Shown here: positions 24,060 to 37,259 of the stretch, in pieces
Layout: every line of letters starts with the position of its first letter
Numbering within the stretch: the stretch's first letter is position 1
Assembly (NCBI GenBank): GCA_965235115.1
Contig: OZ249451.1
Span: 11,346,001-11,410,000, forward strand
Length of the DNA: 64,000 nucleotides
Source of the DNA: Laetmonice hystrix
Taxonomy: Eukaryota
Direction of reading: 5' to 3'
Notes under the pieces: generated by a model
The model's input: only the letters and a program-made list of their open reading frames with translations
Told to the model about the DNA's origin: nothing
Databases searched by the model: none
Translations under genes and position numbers: made by a program

Positions 24060-27000
24060 ATGATGGCGTCCACTATGTGTACAGAGATGAGCATCTCCTT
24101 GACTACAACTGACCCATTGCTCCTTGTTCCAGGCGAACTCTGGGAAGTGTCCGGCTCGCGACTATCGCGGGCGGAGACCAGTCCCGCCCTGGCTGACGAC
24201 CACAGCACTGCGACCGTCGCGCGAACATTTGGGCGACCATGGCGGGCAGGCACGGACCCCGCCCTTACCGATGACGATGACCTGGCTACCATCGCCAGGG
24301 CCATGGAGCGAACCCCGGCGCGACTTTCCCTCAGGAGTGTGCCGGATTCAGACTACTTCATGGCGGGCGACGACACGGAGGCGATCATCGTCCATGACGA
24401 CCCTGACAACGAGTCCTTCAGCAGAGTCCCGCCCGGAGACAGCCAGGAGGAGTGGGACATCTCTGAGTACCACTGTCATGTCCCCAGACCTGGTAAAAAT
24501 AAACTCGCCCGCAATCAACTCCTGGCTGTATCCTTCATCTGTTTCATCTTTATGGTAGGCGAGATTGTAGGTAAGATATCATATCATTTAGTAAAAGGAA
24601 GGAGCTGGGTAGGCCTATAGGGGGCAATGGCCCCTCTGTTATGTCATGCCTTGAACTCGCTTGGGTCCCTTTACAAATGTTCCCGTTTAGACCCCCCCCC
24701 CTACTTGAAAGTGTTTGTCCTCGTTTTTTTCCACCTATCTCTCACAAATATTCGTTTCTTTATGTTACTTGTAAACTATGCATATAAAAACACAATCTTA
24801 AAAGTGGACCAGTGGAGCAGTCGGGCAACTTGGACCGCCCTTATTTGTATTGGTACTTTTAATCATTTCACACGGCAGCTAACATAAAGGACGATCGGGA
24901 TTATAGCAAAGGGGTTTTTGAGGTTCAACAAAAACCTATCAGAAAATTAAAGAAGCACTTTAGTTAAAGAAACATTGTATAAAAACACGATGTTTATCTT
25001 TACTAGTATATTTCTTAGTGGGGATGGGGGTCAACCATACGTTTCTATGGAGCATCCTACTTATTTCAGCTAAGAGAGGTAACCTTTGGGGGGGGGGGGG
25101 GTACGATATTTCAGATCCGGTAGTAATAACGAGTATATTGATGACATTTGTATTTTATAAATTGAGGACATTTTTATTGTATTATATATATTGCCATTGT
25201 TTTATTGTATATATTGACGACATCTATAAAAGTTTTCTTTCATTGAACCAAGTTTTCTTTCATTGAACCAGGTGGAACACTTGCTAACAGCCTGGCACTG
25301 ATCACAGATGCCACTCACCTGGCCAGTGACCTGACAGGTTTTCTCGTCAGTCTGGTCGCTATCTGGATTGGTTCCCGACCCCCAACTACCCGGATGTCAT
25401 TTGGTTTTTACCGAGCGGGTCAGTGAGTCAATAAACAAGTGATATTTCTTTAAAAAAACACACACACACAACCAAAAAAACTTTGATAATGTACGCATTA
25501 ACCGGACTGAGAGAGTATTAAAGGGAAGTAACATGTCATTGTTTATTCGTATGTTTCCTATGCCTGCCTGGCTGAAGTTTATCTTTGATTTGATGCCTTC
25601 ATAGGCTATTTCCCACGAGATTAAGATTAATGTTAGGGATTAGGATTAAGAAGTTTCTATGGGAAGGTCCTAAGACTGGACTTGGTAGGGGTTAATGTTA
25701 GGTTTGGGGCTAGGAATATGTTTAATGATCCCAGTTGTTACCACCCAATTTTGTGGCGATATTACCATTTTGGATTTATCCTTCACATTGTCTGTCGCCA
25801 TTGTTGACCACAGAGGTGCTGGGAGCAGTGATCAGCGTTCTCATCATCTGGCTCACCACCATCATTCTCTTCTATCTGGCTGTGAAACGAGTTATCAGCA
25901 TGGACTTTGTCATCGAGCCTGACAGCATGCTCATAACCGCTGGTTGTGGCGTCGCTTTTAACATCATGTAAGTAAGACCGTTATGACGTCACGTACCTGC
26001 TGTGACGTCACAGCAGATCTCGGCAATTTGAATAGACCTACCTGAGCTCGAGACTAACACATCGTATTTTCCAAGGGAACAGTGCAGGGGCAATAAAGCG
26101 GGACTATTCTTTTAGACATTATGATTCTGCTGTTCCAACCGTCTTTTTTGCGGTTTAATAATTTTTTTTATCATAGGCCTAATACATGATCCATCTTTGC
26201 ATTACAGTATGGGCATTGTTCTGAATGTAAGTGCATTCGGATGTGGCTCCGTTGCACATGCGCACGGGCACGGGCATTCACATGGCGGACAAGGTCACGG
26301 CCATTCAAAAAGTAAGCACGCACACAATCACATGACTGGTGCTGACCAATCAGGAACGCCGAAACGAGGTCACAGAGAGGTCAACATTAACGTGCGTGCC
26401 GCCTTCATACACGTCATAGGGGACTTTATACAAAGTATCGGCGTTTTCATAGCTGCACTTGTTATCAAGTTTTGTGTGAGTTAACACCATCCTTTATTAC
26501 GACCTATTAGACCTATAGTTCGACTATAAATAATAGTTGAGACATTTAAACTCGAGTGATTGATTTCATTGATTTGTCCTTCATATCTCTCAGAACTGGA
26601 ACAGATAAGGGCAATGAGATAAACGACTCGCAAACCTATCAGAAATAGACATGTACACATGTAGTACATCTTTTCTTAAAGGATAGCAGTGCAACTGGCA
26701 CTCACTGTTTAAACCTGACAATCAGCGTCAATTTAAGGGTAGATGTTTTAAACCTTTAGACTTTTAACATTTTAATTCCGAAAGCATCACAGGATGAGAA
26801 TAATGAATAAATGCCCTAGCGTGGAGTAATTGCCCTGACTGTACCTCAACCCTACCCGTGTTACATTTTCAGCCCGACTGTAAAATTGCAGACCCAATCT
26901 GCACCTTCGTATTCTCCATCCTAGTCCTGATCACAACCATCACCATTTTGCGGGATACTCTTCTCGTACTATTAGAAGGTAAGTAAGCACAGAACAGGAT

Positions 27001-27748
27001 GGTATACTTGGGGCATGCTGCGGCACATACAGCCAACCGGAACTTCACAATTTCACTACGGTACTCACATCATAAAAAAAAACATAGGCACCCTTGAATG
27101 TGTAGTGTATCCCCTCGGTCCCCTCGGTCCCCATATCTCAACGAATTTAAGGGAGCAGAAGTAAAATCACATCACAAGTCCTGGCCCCAGCACGCAGAAC
27201 TTTACGGTAGAGGAATGACTCAATATGTTTGGTACGACAGCTGTTCCGCGTGACGTCAACTATCGCCAGATGAAGCTAGACATCGAGTCACTAGGGGGCG
27301 TGCAGTCCGCGCACACTCTAAACGTCTGGTCCCTCACCATGGACAAGAACGCTGTGGCAGTACACCTGGCCGTCGGTAGGTGGTGTTAGCGTCAACCATC
27401 GGTGGTGCAGGTCTATAACGTGACCATGAATCAGAATCACGTAACTTTACAAAACTCTACGAACCGTTACGGAATTTTAGAGGGGGGGGGGGGTTCACAA
27501 TGACTGGGGCATGGTAGAGGGACACAGTGCCCGTTGTTGTGACGACTTCTCAATAGAGAAGGCTACTTGAACCGGATAGGTTTAATTTTGTTTCAGACGC
27601 CGGTGTGGACAGGAACGCTTTGTTACAGCAGACGACAACCATGCTCCGTACCAAGTACCGCACGTTCCACTCAACCGTTCAGGTGGAAGAGTACCAGGCG
27701 TCCATCATGACTAAGTGTGACCAGTGTCTAGGGCCCAAAAACTGCTGA
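24060..27748 (+). CDS. SLC30A2: Cation diffusion facilitator zinc transporter, ZnT2/3/8 type (7 exons, ~490 aa)
   Basis: Exons 24060-24570, 25272-25418, 25814-25967, 26208-26475, 26873-26978, 27241-27375, 27597-27748 (1473 nt, in frame). N-terminal HCH motif, TM2 DATHLASD, SFGFYRAEVLGA, His-rich loop HAHGHGHSHGG, TM5 NVRAAFIHVIGD, ADPICTFVFS, C-terminal HSTVQVE...CDQC. Symbol marks the clade, not strict orthology. Confidence 0.93.
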
Positions 27749-27860
27749 CGTCAGCCCCACTGTCGGGGCCCCAAAACTGCTTACGTCAGCCCCACTTTCG
27801 GGGCCTAAAACTGCTGACGTCTGCGGCACTCTCGGGAATCGCTTCTTCTGGGACCCAAAA
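27730..27860 (+). repeat. ~35-bp degenerate tandem repeat spanning the ZnT stop codon and 3' UTR
   Basis: GGGCCCAAAAACTGCTGACGTCAGCCCCACTGTCG then GGGCCCCAAAACTGCTTACGTCAGCCCCACTTTCG, GGGCCTAAAACTGCTGACGTCTG... Confidence 0.8.
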
Positions 27861-29279
27861 CAGCTTACACGTCATTCCATTGTCTGAGAGCCCGCTGGAA
27901 GTGACATCATGTTCTTAATCTGTGATGCTAGAAAGTTAATCCGATGACAGCTTGAAGTTGGTTTTATCTTTGCTTTTATCAGGGAATGTGTAAGAGATTA
28001 ACTATTTTCCACTGAATTAGCAATTGTTGTTATAAATTAATGGTGCTAATTAAAGGACAGCTGACCACAACGGTATATTATACAGAACGTCGTCCTAATA
28101 AAAATGTCCCAAATATATCTTAATATCGTTATTATTACTTTCATTCGTTTCTATTATTTTATTGTCAGCATATATAAATCTGATTGGTAAAATTCCGGCA
28201 GGTCAGCGCCAGGTCGATGCGCAGTGTTACGCGGTTATAATATGCCCGAGGCGTAGCCGCAAGATTTAGACCCGGTTGCAAAAGGGTACTTTATAACTTA
28301 ATATTGTAACTTTTGTACGGGGACAATATAATGGAAATGGCGCAGACATTTGCTAGGAGGCTTTGCTAGCAGTAGCAGTAGGAAAAGCAACACGAATGCA
28401 AGTAGGGTACTGGGCATCAAAAACAGGAGAGTTAGGCCTGTATTGGATACATTCAAAGGGAATTTTCTGTTGGCCTTATCGAAGAAGCGCAAACGCTCCC
28501 CAGCAGTAGCTAGGGAGGCCCTTCAGGTCCACGAGGGAAAGTGTTGATGACGGGATTGCTTAAAATTGGAAGCAACTGATTGACTTCCATGCTGTACAGA
28601 GTGAAACGAATTTGGCGTTTTCTCTTATTTTTCTGTCAAGTCTAGCTGTCAAGAATGTAGTTTCAGAAAATGTCAAGAATTATAAACACTTTTTACTACA
28701 TATATCCTGGGGGTTCTGGTAGTGTAGCCGTAACGTTAACCCTGTATCTGTTGGGCTACTTCAGAATAACCTGAGTAACTCTACAATGTTGGAGTTGGAG
28801 CATGAGGAGGGGGATGGTTTGACTTTTTATTTATATAATTTACTCACATTCAGTTCGCCAGTTCCCTCGGGGATATAAAAATATTAATGGTTAATTGTGA
28901 CTGCGTGTTTATATGGCGCCTCTTTAGTACGTGATATTCCGTCTACATCAGGACGCATGTTCGCTTCCTGCTGAGCGAATTTCGTTAAATAAAATAAAAT
29001 GAACTGCAGTAATCATTTTATGACCAGGTCAGTGTCGGGAAACGCCATAAAATTCCGTTTTCTCGCGTTACCTCTGACACTCAAGGCTACCCAATCATAA
29101 TGCGGCGAGACTCCGAGGGACGCTTGACCGATACTTCCGGTTGCGTCCGATCAGGCCAGTTGTGCCAGTTCAAGAACCAGATCCAGCAGCTCTGCCCAGT
29201 ATCACCTGGACGGTAGCGTCGGAAAACATCACAGAGTTCTTCTTACAAGAGTCAGGTCAAGGTGTCAGTTATTCCGACC

Positions 29280-32200
29280 ATGGATTCTCGCCTGTTTCTA
29301 TATCAATTAGGTGAGAACTTAGTATTATTTTCTACTCTATAATATATCAGATTCAAAGTAGTGTATAACTTTCGCGACTTGCAATTTGCGATTTCAAGTC
29401 TTTCAGTGTTAACACTGTTTTCCAGTGCGGAGGCAGGCTTTTCTGACAATCTTGTGAATTTGCGATACAGGATTTTGAATTGTTGTTTATATATTGTTCA
29501 TATTTCTGCGATTTCATTGACCATTATAGGTCTAATTCCCTTCGCGCTTTCAAACTTTGTCACTGTGTTTAGAGATATATAACAATACCTGAATGTTTTA
29601 TGCACGAATGTTCGATGCAAACGGCGCTTTCATGTTTACAGTTTGGGTCTTCAGTCTCATTAATGGTCTTGTCATTGAGGATGAAAACGTGACACTTGCC
29701 ATACCGGAAGTGAAACTGAAATGGGAAGATGCGGCTGCGTATTGTGTCCAAAATGGCGGCGGCCACTTGGTAGTGACGCGCAATGATTACATGCAGATGT
29801 TACTGGGAACGGTGATGAAGATGAAACTGTTTTCATTCCTGTGGGTTGGCGCCAAGGAACGCGACAGAGGCTGGACTTGGGCAGACGACACCAGCCATGG
29901 TAAAGTTACACAACCTCAATAAGTGGACATTATGAAACGCGCTCGTGAGGTCAGTCAATTGTTATGACCTCTTAACACCAATGCTGGTTGCCAGAGGCGA
30001 AATGACCGTAGGGGAAATGACCCCTTCCCGTGCACCTGCTTTGTGCTGGTGACATATATTTTATCTAAATTTAGTACATAGTTGTCATCATGACATATGA
30101 AGCCAGGGTCTGGTCATTAAGTGCTGCATGATGTTCAATTCGTATTTGAAACAGGACATTTCAAAATCATTTATGTCATTTGAATTTGACCAAGGAATCA
30201 GAAGCACAGACCCCCATCACCTGGCTGAATGTGTTTGTCCTGCTGACCACCTTCTCTATTGATCCTTTGCAACCTCCTTCTTTTTCCTTTTTCCCTACCC
30301 CCCCCCCCCCCCTTCCACCACCACCACCAACAACAACAAAATTCTGGGCCCGCCCCTAAGTTGTATGTCATAAACAATGATCTTTCCTTGTTTTTACTTG
30401 GTATAGGAAACTTCCTGTCGTGGGCGGCAGGTCACCCGGTCACCAAGGACACGGAGCCCAGGTGTGCCTTCCTCAGGGGGTCCGATCGCTACGTCTGGGT
30501 CGACCACCCCTGCGCCATGCAGCACGCCTTCATCTGTGAATTCGGTACGCTATTTTACTCATTGGTGCATTCTGTGAATCAGTGTTTTTCAGTTTGGTGC
30601 ACACTTGCTGTATCGGGTATGACAGGTGCGTACGCACCCTACCCAGATTCATTTTTTCCCTTTTTTATTACGCACTGTCCGTCGCGATTCCTTTGGACGG
30701 AGGAAATTGTCTGCCTATAGGCCTTTGTATCAAATATTATGTAAAATATTTGCGATTTGTTTTTGTAAGAAATCCGCCATGCTGCCTGTAAGGAACGCGA
30801 AGCGTTTCTCTTCACGGGAGAAAATGGCGGACGCTGTCTGGTTCTCCACCAGAGGTCGCCACGGAGCTGGTACAAATCTCGCGAGACGTGCGTGAGTAAG
30901 GCCGGCAGGCTGGCCGTCTTTAATAACGAGACCTTGTACACACACTTCAGACTTCATCTGAGAGATGAACTACAGGTGTCTGGCGATTACTGGATCGGGT
31001 TACGGGACTCAGCCCTGGAGTGGACAGACGGTGGGTGGCCTGACCCACGGCCTGGTTACTATGTAAACTGTGTCCAATGTCAATTCTTATTGGTTTACTT
31101 AACCCGCCAATCAGAAACCAGAAACCAAATTTCGTGTCTTAAGAATGGGCACATTTTGAAAATGAAAAATCCAGTACCAGGAGCGGATGATGATGATCAT
31201 TAGTCGAGCCCGGGAAGGATAACGTAGACTTTATACTGATGAACACACATCGAGTGTCAAAACACTCCAAATAAGAGCATTATTACTCACTGTTCATTCC
31301 CACAAGGTTAAAAATGCCTCAGACCGTATGTATAAATGAAGGTGACCGTGTTGACTTTCTCTCGGTTACTGCAGGGTCGCCAGTGATCCGAACGTACTGG
31401 GAGGGTGGCCAGCCAAGTCGGAGTGGAGAGTGCGTACAGTTGGAGAAGTTTGGTCAAGGTGTTTACCTGTGGGCCAATCAAAATTGTGACCGCAAGCAGC
31501 GATTTGCTTGTCAGCTGACCCGCAAAGGTAGCTCCGTCAAACGATACAAATCACTATGTAGACAGTTTTGTTATCGTCACACAGAGAAATATTCTTACTG
31601 CTGCTTTCAATATTAGATCAGTTTTGTCAAATACTCCTTGGAAATCATTTCAAAACCTATTTACGTCATTTCGTATCACTAGATGCATAGTGTATTTGAA
31701 GCTTAAAGGCAAAACACTTGTATTAATAATGTTCTTGTCCCTTGCGCCGCCAGAGTCTGTGGAGAGTCCCCGTCCCTCCAGACCAGGGGTCAGACCCTCG
31801 AGTTGTGTAAAGGACGACCAAGGATCGCTCCACCTCACCACTAGCAAGTTCGTCGGCTCCAGTATGTTAAATGACGTTATCGCTCTGTTGTGACGTCACG
31901 TCACATGCCGTTACATGTCACTTGTGACATATAATTATCCCATCCCCCTTACCACGGTTCATGAAATATCCATTACAACAATGGTTAGTTTCAAGCCTTA
32001 CCACTAGGTGGCAGCGCAATTCAGAGTCATCCAAGGTGAGGGGAAGAAAAAAAAGCACTGATGCGCGGCATTTGAAGTGACGCGCGCGCAGACCAGAAAC
32101 CGGGAATTATTTTTTTTGCCTAAGGCTAACATAGTCAGTTTGCATAAGCCATACATACTAGTTAACCGTACTCAGAACATGTCAGACGGGACACCCTGGG

Positions 32201-33241
32201 ATGGGATCTATTGTGGTATCACCACAACGTATCTAGTGATAACCTGGAACAGTATCAGGAACAAGATTTATTTTTACTTTAATATGTCCTAAGGTGGACT
32301 GTTGATAGCGTCTCACTTTGACCGATACTCTGGTTTCAGTTGTATTCGAGCTGATGGCGTTCCTGCTTGGAGTCTTTATTATGGTTATCCCGCTGGTCGT
32401 CGTCTGCTTCAAGTACAGACGGTACGTAAGTCTGATACAAACGTTACTATAGCAACGGTCATTGGCGGGGTCAAACTTCCCTGAGGTATAATCAACTGGG
32501 CCACTGTATAATGTGAACGTTCACGAAATAAGAGACGTACTTTGTATTTTAACATGCCTTCTGGGAGTACCTCTAGCTTACTGTACAGTAAGATATAACT
32601 TCCATTCGTGCATTTCTAAATAAAAGCAAAAGCATTTCTCCTGTTCAATACTAATCAATCAATGGAATTAAAATCACATTTAGCCGTATTTTAGCATGCC
32701 TTATTGGAATTCCTCTAATTTATTCTTGCGTAACGATTTGGTCCATATAATAAGAATTATCTTCCATGCGGACATTTCTGAACAAAGACACAAGGATAAT
32801 ATTACAGTCACTTTTACCCAACCGATGTTTCTTGTTTTTGGCAGCGCTGTTTCCGGTGTTGGATCTCGACCGGTGGCGAGACGGAAACTGGACCGTATTT
32901 CCGTTTCCGTTCTACACCGTCCGGAATCACATGATACGACCTTCACCGACATACTGCCCCCGCCGCCGGTTGCCGAGGGCAACCTCTACACCAATCAGTT
33001 GCCAGTATCTCCCAGTGCTCACGGCCATAACCAATCAGCTGCCAGTAAACTAAGCCCGCCTCCCACCATTCCCATCTATCCCGCCATGACGGCTGCCGGA
33101 AGTACTAACCACGCTCACCCGCATGCGCAGGGTGGAAATCCGGTCACTTCCGGTGCTCGTACAGCAACGGTCAGTTCAGGAATAAAACCGTCTCACCTTA
33201 ATTATGACGTCGACACGTCAGGCGTACTGTACAGAGTCTAG
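29280..33241 (+). CDS. Type-I membrane receptor with two C-type lectin-like domains and Pro-rich tail (CTL-A; 8 exons, ~475 aa)
   Basis: Exons 29280-29310, 29642-29899, 30407-30544, 30770-31030, 31375-31527, 31754-31861, 32340-32421, 32845-33241 (1428 nt). CTLD hallmarks: WEDAAAYC, LWVGA, WTWAD, C...C...FICEF; SWYKSRETC, YWIGLRD, WANQNC...FAC. TM IVFELMAFLLGVFIMVIPLVVVCF then KYRR. Confidence 0.85.
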
Positions 33242-33444
33242 GTGGTCGGCTGATATTTAACATGAAATGACTGGTGACTTTAACAATGACCATAGAACTC
33301 TATGCCGACAGATGGCGTTAGTAGTGCTGCGGTATTGCATGACGTATACCACAGGGAGACTGGTGGTGCCACCTGTTGGTGTAGATTCTCCATTGCTTTG
33401 TTCGCCTACATCTCCGCACTCGGTCTGTGACTTTGTACTAAGTG

Positions 33445-33625
33445 ATTATCATGTCAGAGTGTCCTTAATGTCTGTCAGACTGTCCTCAATGTATGTCATG
33501 GTGTCTTTAATGTCATGTCAGGGTGTCCTCAATGTCTGTCAGGCTGTCCTCAATGTATGTCAGGGTGTCCTCAATTCTATCAGGATGTCCTCAATGTCTG
33601 TCAGAGTGTCCTCAATGTCTGTCAT
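33445..33625. repeat. ~21-bp minisatellite
   Basis: GTGTCCTCAATGTCTGTCAG variants, ~8 copies. Confidence 0.8.
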
Positions 33626-35057
33626 TCTATAATAGGTTATAGTATAATGAAATTGGTACTGTCAACAATCAATTATATGTAAGTCTCTGTCAGGATCTTA
33701 CGATATTAAATGTTATTTATGGAAATAATAGTTCCTTGGCCGGAGGTTTTCTAGTTAGATTCCTCGAGGCCCACCCCTCACAACCATCACCCATCAACAA
33801 TGAGAAACACATCTATCTCTATTTAACCTCTGGGTACGGCCCTACGTTTAATTTCTGAATAAAAGCCTGAACTCCCTGAAGGTGATTAATACCTGCTGAC
33901 GGGTGTAAACGCACCCATCGCTCAATCACTCATTGGCGGATTGATTTAGGCTCTCAATCACTGCCTGACTGGATTGATTCAGCCTACTCACTCCCTGACT
34001 GGATTGATTCAGTCTACTCCCTGTGACCCAGTGGACAACACCCACCCATGGGGCAGACTATCCAATCACAGTCCGTGTACCTGATAATGCACCCTCCCCA
34101 CACGCACATCGACGCTATCCTACTGGATCGATTTACCAGAAACTATGTTACCTTAGCAACCAGTTAGTTTACTACCTCTTGGTGACTGGTGGGTGAACGA
34201 TCCACCGATAATCAACGCGCGCGTTTCCAGAACGTCGGGATTCGTTACCAACCAGACAGAGAACAAGAACGCTGAGGAATCGGAGACGACGTTCACTGAC
34301 CGCTGACGTTACGTGAAAACAACGTGCGGTGAATATAGTCTGTTTGACGGGAGATGAGGCGTCCACCACGGCCAACAAGAAAACACGTCAGTCTGTGTAG
34401 TTGTAGGCATAGAATCGCTTTGTTTATATAATCTAATCTCGATTTTCTAATCAGATTATTGCAGCTACTCTGTGAATGCCAAAAAGAGACATTTGCTGAA
34501 AGGTTGGAGCTCGGTTGTCAAAAGAAATAGCGCTGGATTAGCGAAACTGGTCATGCATAACTTGTGTTCAATTGACTTGTCCTGATCCTATCTACCGAAA
34601 ACGCCTTCATTGCCAGACTCAATTTTATCAACGTTAATTCATAGGTTGGAATGAGTAAGGTCGTCACGAGAAGGTCTATCATGTATAAATTGATTTATTG
34701 ATGAGTATAATGTTGAGCAAACTCTGTGCGGAGCGTGTTGTATACTTCCGTGTCTCACCTATCAACGATATGCTTCGTTAACATTGATGCAGGGAGAGTG
34801 TCACCATCACAAACAATAGGGACGTGCCCCCATGGTAAAGAACCGCGAAATTGACACGTACGAGTTTATGTTAGGGGCATGGCTGATCGGGTTATATTGA
34901 GCCTCTGGGACCAGGGGTAGGGGGTAGGTTTAGGTCCAGGGCGAGGGTTTATGATACGGGTTTCCCCTCTTCCCGTCAAATGCCGTTGGGAAGCTATCAT
35001 AAGGGGTTACCCGCTGGGAGCCGATTCCAACCCGATTTCTGAGACCAAACGTATTAA

Positions 35058-35583
35058 AGGGGCATATTATGAGGAAACGTTAAAAATCGTTATTTCATAG
35101 AACTTTTGCTGTTTTCATAATGAGATCCTTCATTAAAATTGCTTAGTAAACAAAGACAGACTTATCAGTTTCATTTTGCGTGAGAAATCGAAGTTTTTTA
35201 AGCTCCCTTGCCCGCTTCTCTGCCGATTTCGTAAAATATTTTTTGGGTGGCATTCTGATGCCGGGCGATCGAGTGCCACTGCTGAATTGTTTACAACTAA
35301 GCAAAGCACGTGATAGCACATGCAGAGCGTGCACACACAGGATGTGACACAGTATGCAATTACACGGGTTGATGGGGGGTTGTCCGCCAAATTTTGGCGG
35401 GAGATGTGCTATCGGGAGAAATCTATAGGTTTGGTCGTATAGAATCTACTTGTGCTGCATACGCAGCAAAAACACGTCGGAGGACAAAATGCTGTGGTCG
35501 GATTATTTACTTGGATCCCTAGTACACGGTCATCTTGGATAATTGCCGGAAATCCTCAAAAACGTGTTTCATAGCATGCCCCT
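35058..35583. mobile_element. Non-autonomous DNA element with imperfect TIRs flanked by TTAA (Kolobok-like)
   Basis: ttaa|AGGGGCAT..ATGAGGAAACG ... CGTGTTTCATAGCATGCCCCT|ttaa. Confidence 0.65.
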
Positions 35584-35869
35584 TTAACACAGTGAAAAGA
35601 AATCCTCCGCAAACCCGACTCTATGATAAGCCGACACCCCGCATCAACTCACTAAGTGAAATCTGTGCCTCTTAGCGTGTAGTGGGGTTTTACGGAGGAC
35701 TTACGTCTAACCCACCTACAGAATCTCTAAATAATATTGTTTACATGTCGTAATGTCTTCGTCCTGCACCCTCCTCCCCCTTTTGCCTGACTTCAATGAG
35801 ACATTCCGACAGGATGCCGATTCTCCATCCGTTCCGTGAGTGATATGTAATCTGTGAGAGAGCTTTCCC

Positions 35870-35912
35870 CGAACGAACGAACGAACGAACGAACGAACGA
35901 ACGAACGAACGA
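35870..35912. repeat. (GAAC)n microsatellite
   Basis: Direct reading. Confidence 0.95.
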
Positions 35913-36000
35913 AGATTGCCGAAAGGACTCGAGTGTGAGAATGCCTTTCCGTACGTGTGTAAAATACGGCGTGAAGATTCTCAATCACATCATATTTTAT

Positions 36001-36178
36001 TGTGACCTAAATCCATGACCAATGTAACCTAAATTCATGACCAATGTGACCTAAATGCATGACCAATATAACCTAAATCCATGACCAATGTGACCTAAAT
36101 GCATGACCAATGTAACCTAAATTCATGACCATTGTGACCTAAATCCATAATCAATGTGTTCTAAATCCATGACCAGTG
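36001..36178. repeat. 22-bp minisatellite, ~8 copies
   Basis: TGTGACCTAAATCCATGACCAA variants. Confidence 0.88.
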
Positions 36179-37259
36179 TAGCGGTTCTCAAACGTGAGTC
36201 CTTGGTGTACAGCGGTTCCCACACGTGTGTCTGACGCTGGTGGCGCCATATTGCTTCCCATAATTTTATAAATTACCTTATCACGCCGATTTAGGTAAAT
36301 TTCTTCTTCAAACGTTTCCCTTCATGCCAGAAATGTAGATATGGACATACGATGCCAAAGTGCAGGTTTCAATAATGCACTACTTCCTGGCTCGATTGGA
36401 TATGACGGCTCACTCACTGCCTCGCTACACAGGTCCATCTCGTCATGTATCGCGTCGCCAATATGGCGCTCAAATCACCCGAGGGTATGCAGAAATGACG
36501 TCATATATCCGAGGGAATCCCGAATGGCCAGAGTCGCCACTGAACGCCAGAGTTTGTGTCCCAGCATGCATATCGCCTGCCAGTGATTTGGGAGTTAATA
36601 CCCACAGTAAACTCACCGGGGGCGATTGATTATTCCCAAAGCTGTCCACCATTGTCAAATGTTTAGGATTACTGGGGCGAGGAAGCGTGTATGAACAAAT
36701 CCGCTGAAATGTGACGAACCCCACGGAAAGACATCTGTTACTTTGCCGTCTTAACTGCTATCACAAACTCTTCAAGTACCGCCTTAAGAAGCGGCGAACA
36801 GTTTGTGACACTCCCCACTAGGTGTGAAAAACATCTGTTTTCATATGTGGCCTATGTATGGAGAAGGTGTGTGTGAGGATAACGTTTGGATTGGTCATAC
36901 ACTACTCAATATTTCACACGCCTGTCCAGGCCTGTCGCTAAGTATGTGTTGAAGCCGTGAAAACCAGCCCTGCCTCACTGACCACAGCCGTCTGGTTGTC
37001 GGGCGGCGAAGAACGCCAGGGACCGTTAGGAATTTAAAAAGACGACATTCGTCTAACAGAATCAGTGCAGTGTCCGTACAGGGATGGAGAGATGAGTCAG
37101 TGAGTGCAATAGTAGGATTCCCTGACTTTCCACAAGATACTTCAGTCGACAGTAAGGATTGGAGACAGGAGATCGCCTGGCCCAGGAAGTTCATAATATA
37201 ACCTACACTTTGCTACTTCATCGCGAATCATACAAGTCTAGAAAAGAACCGAGGAGAAA

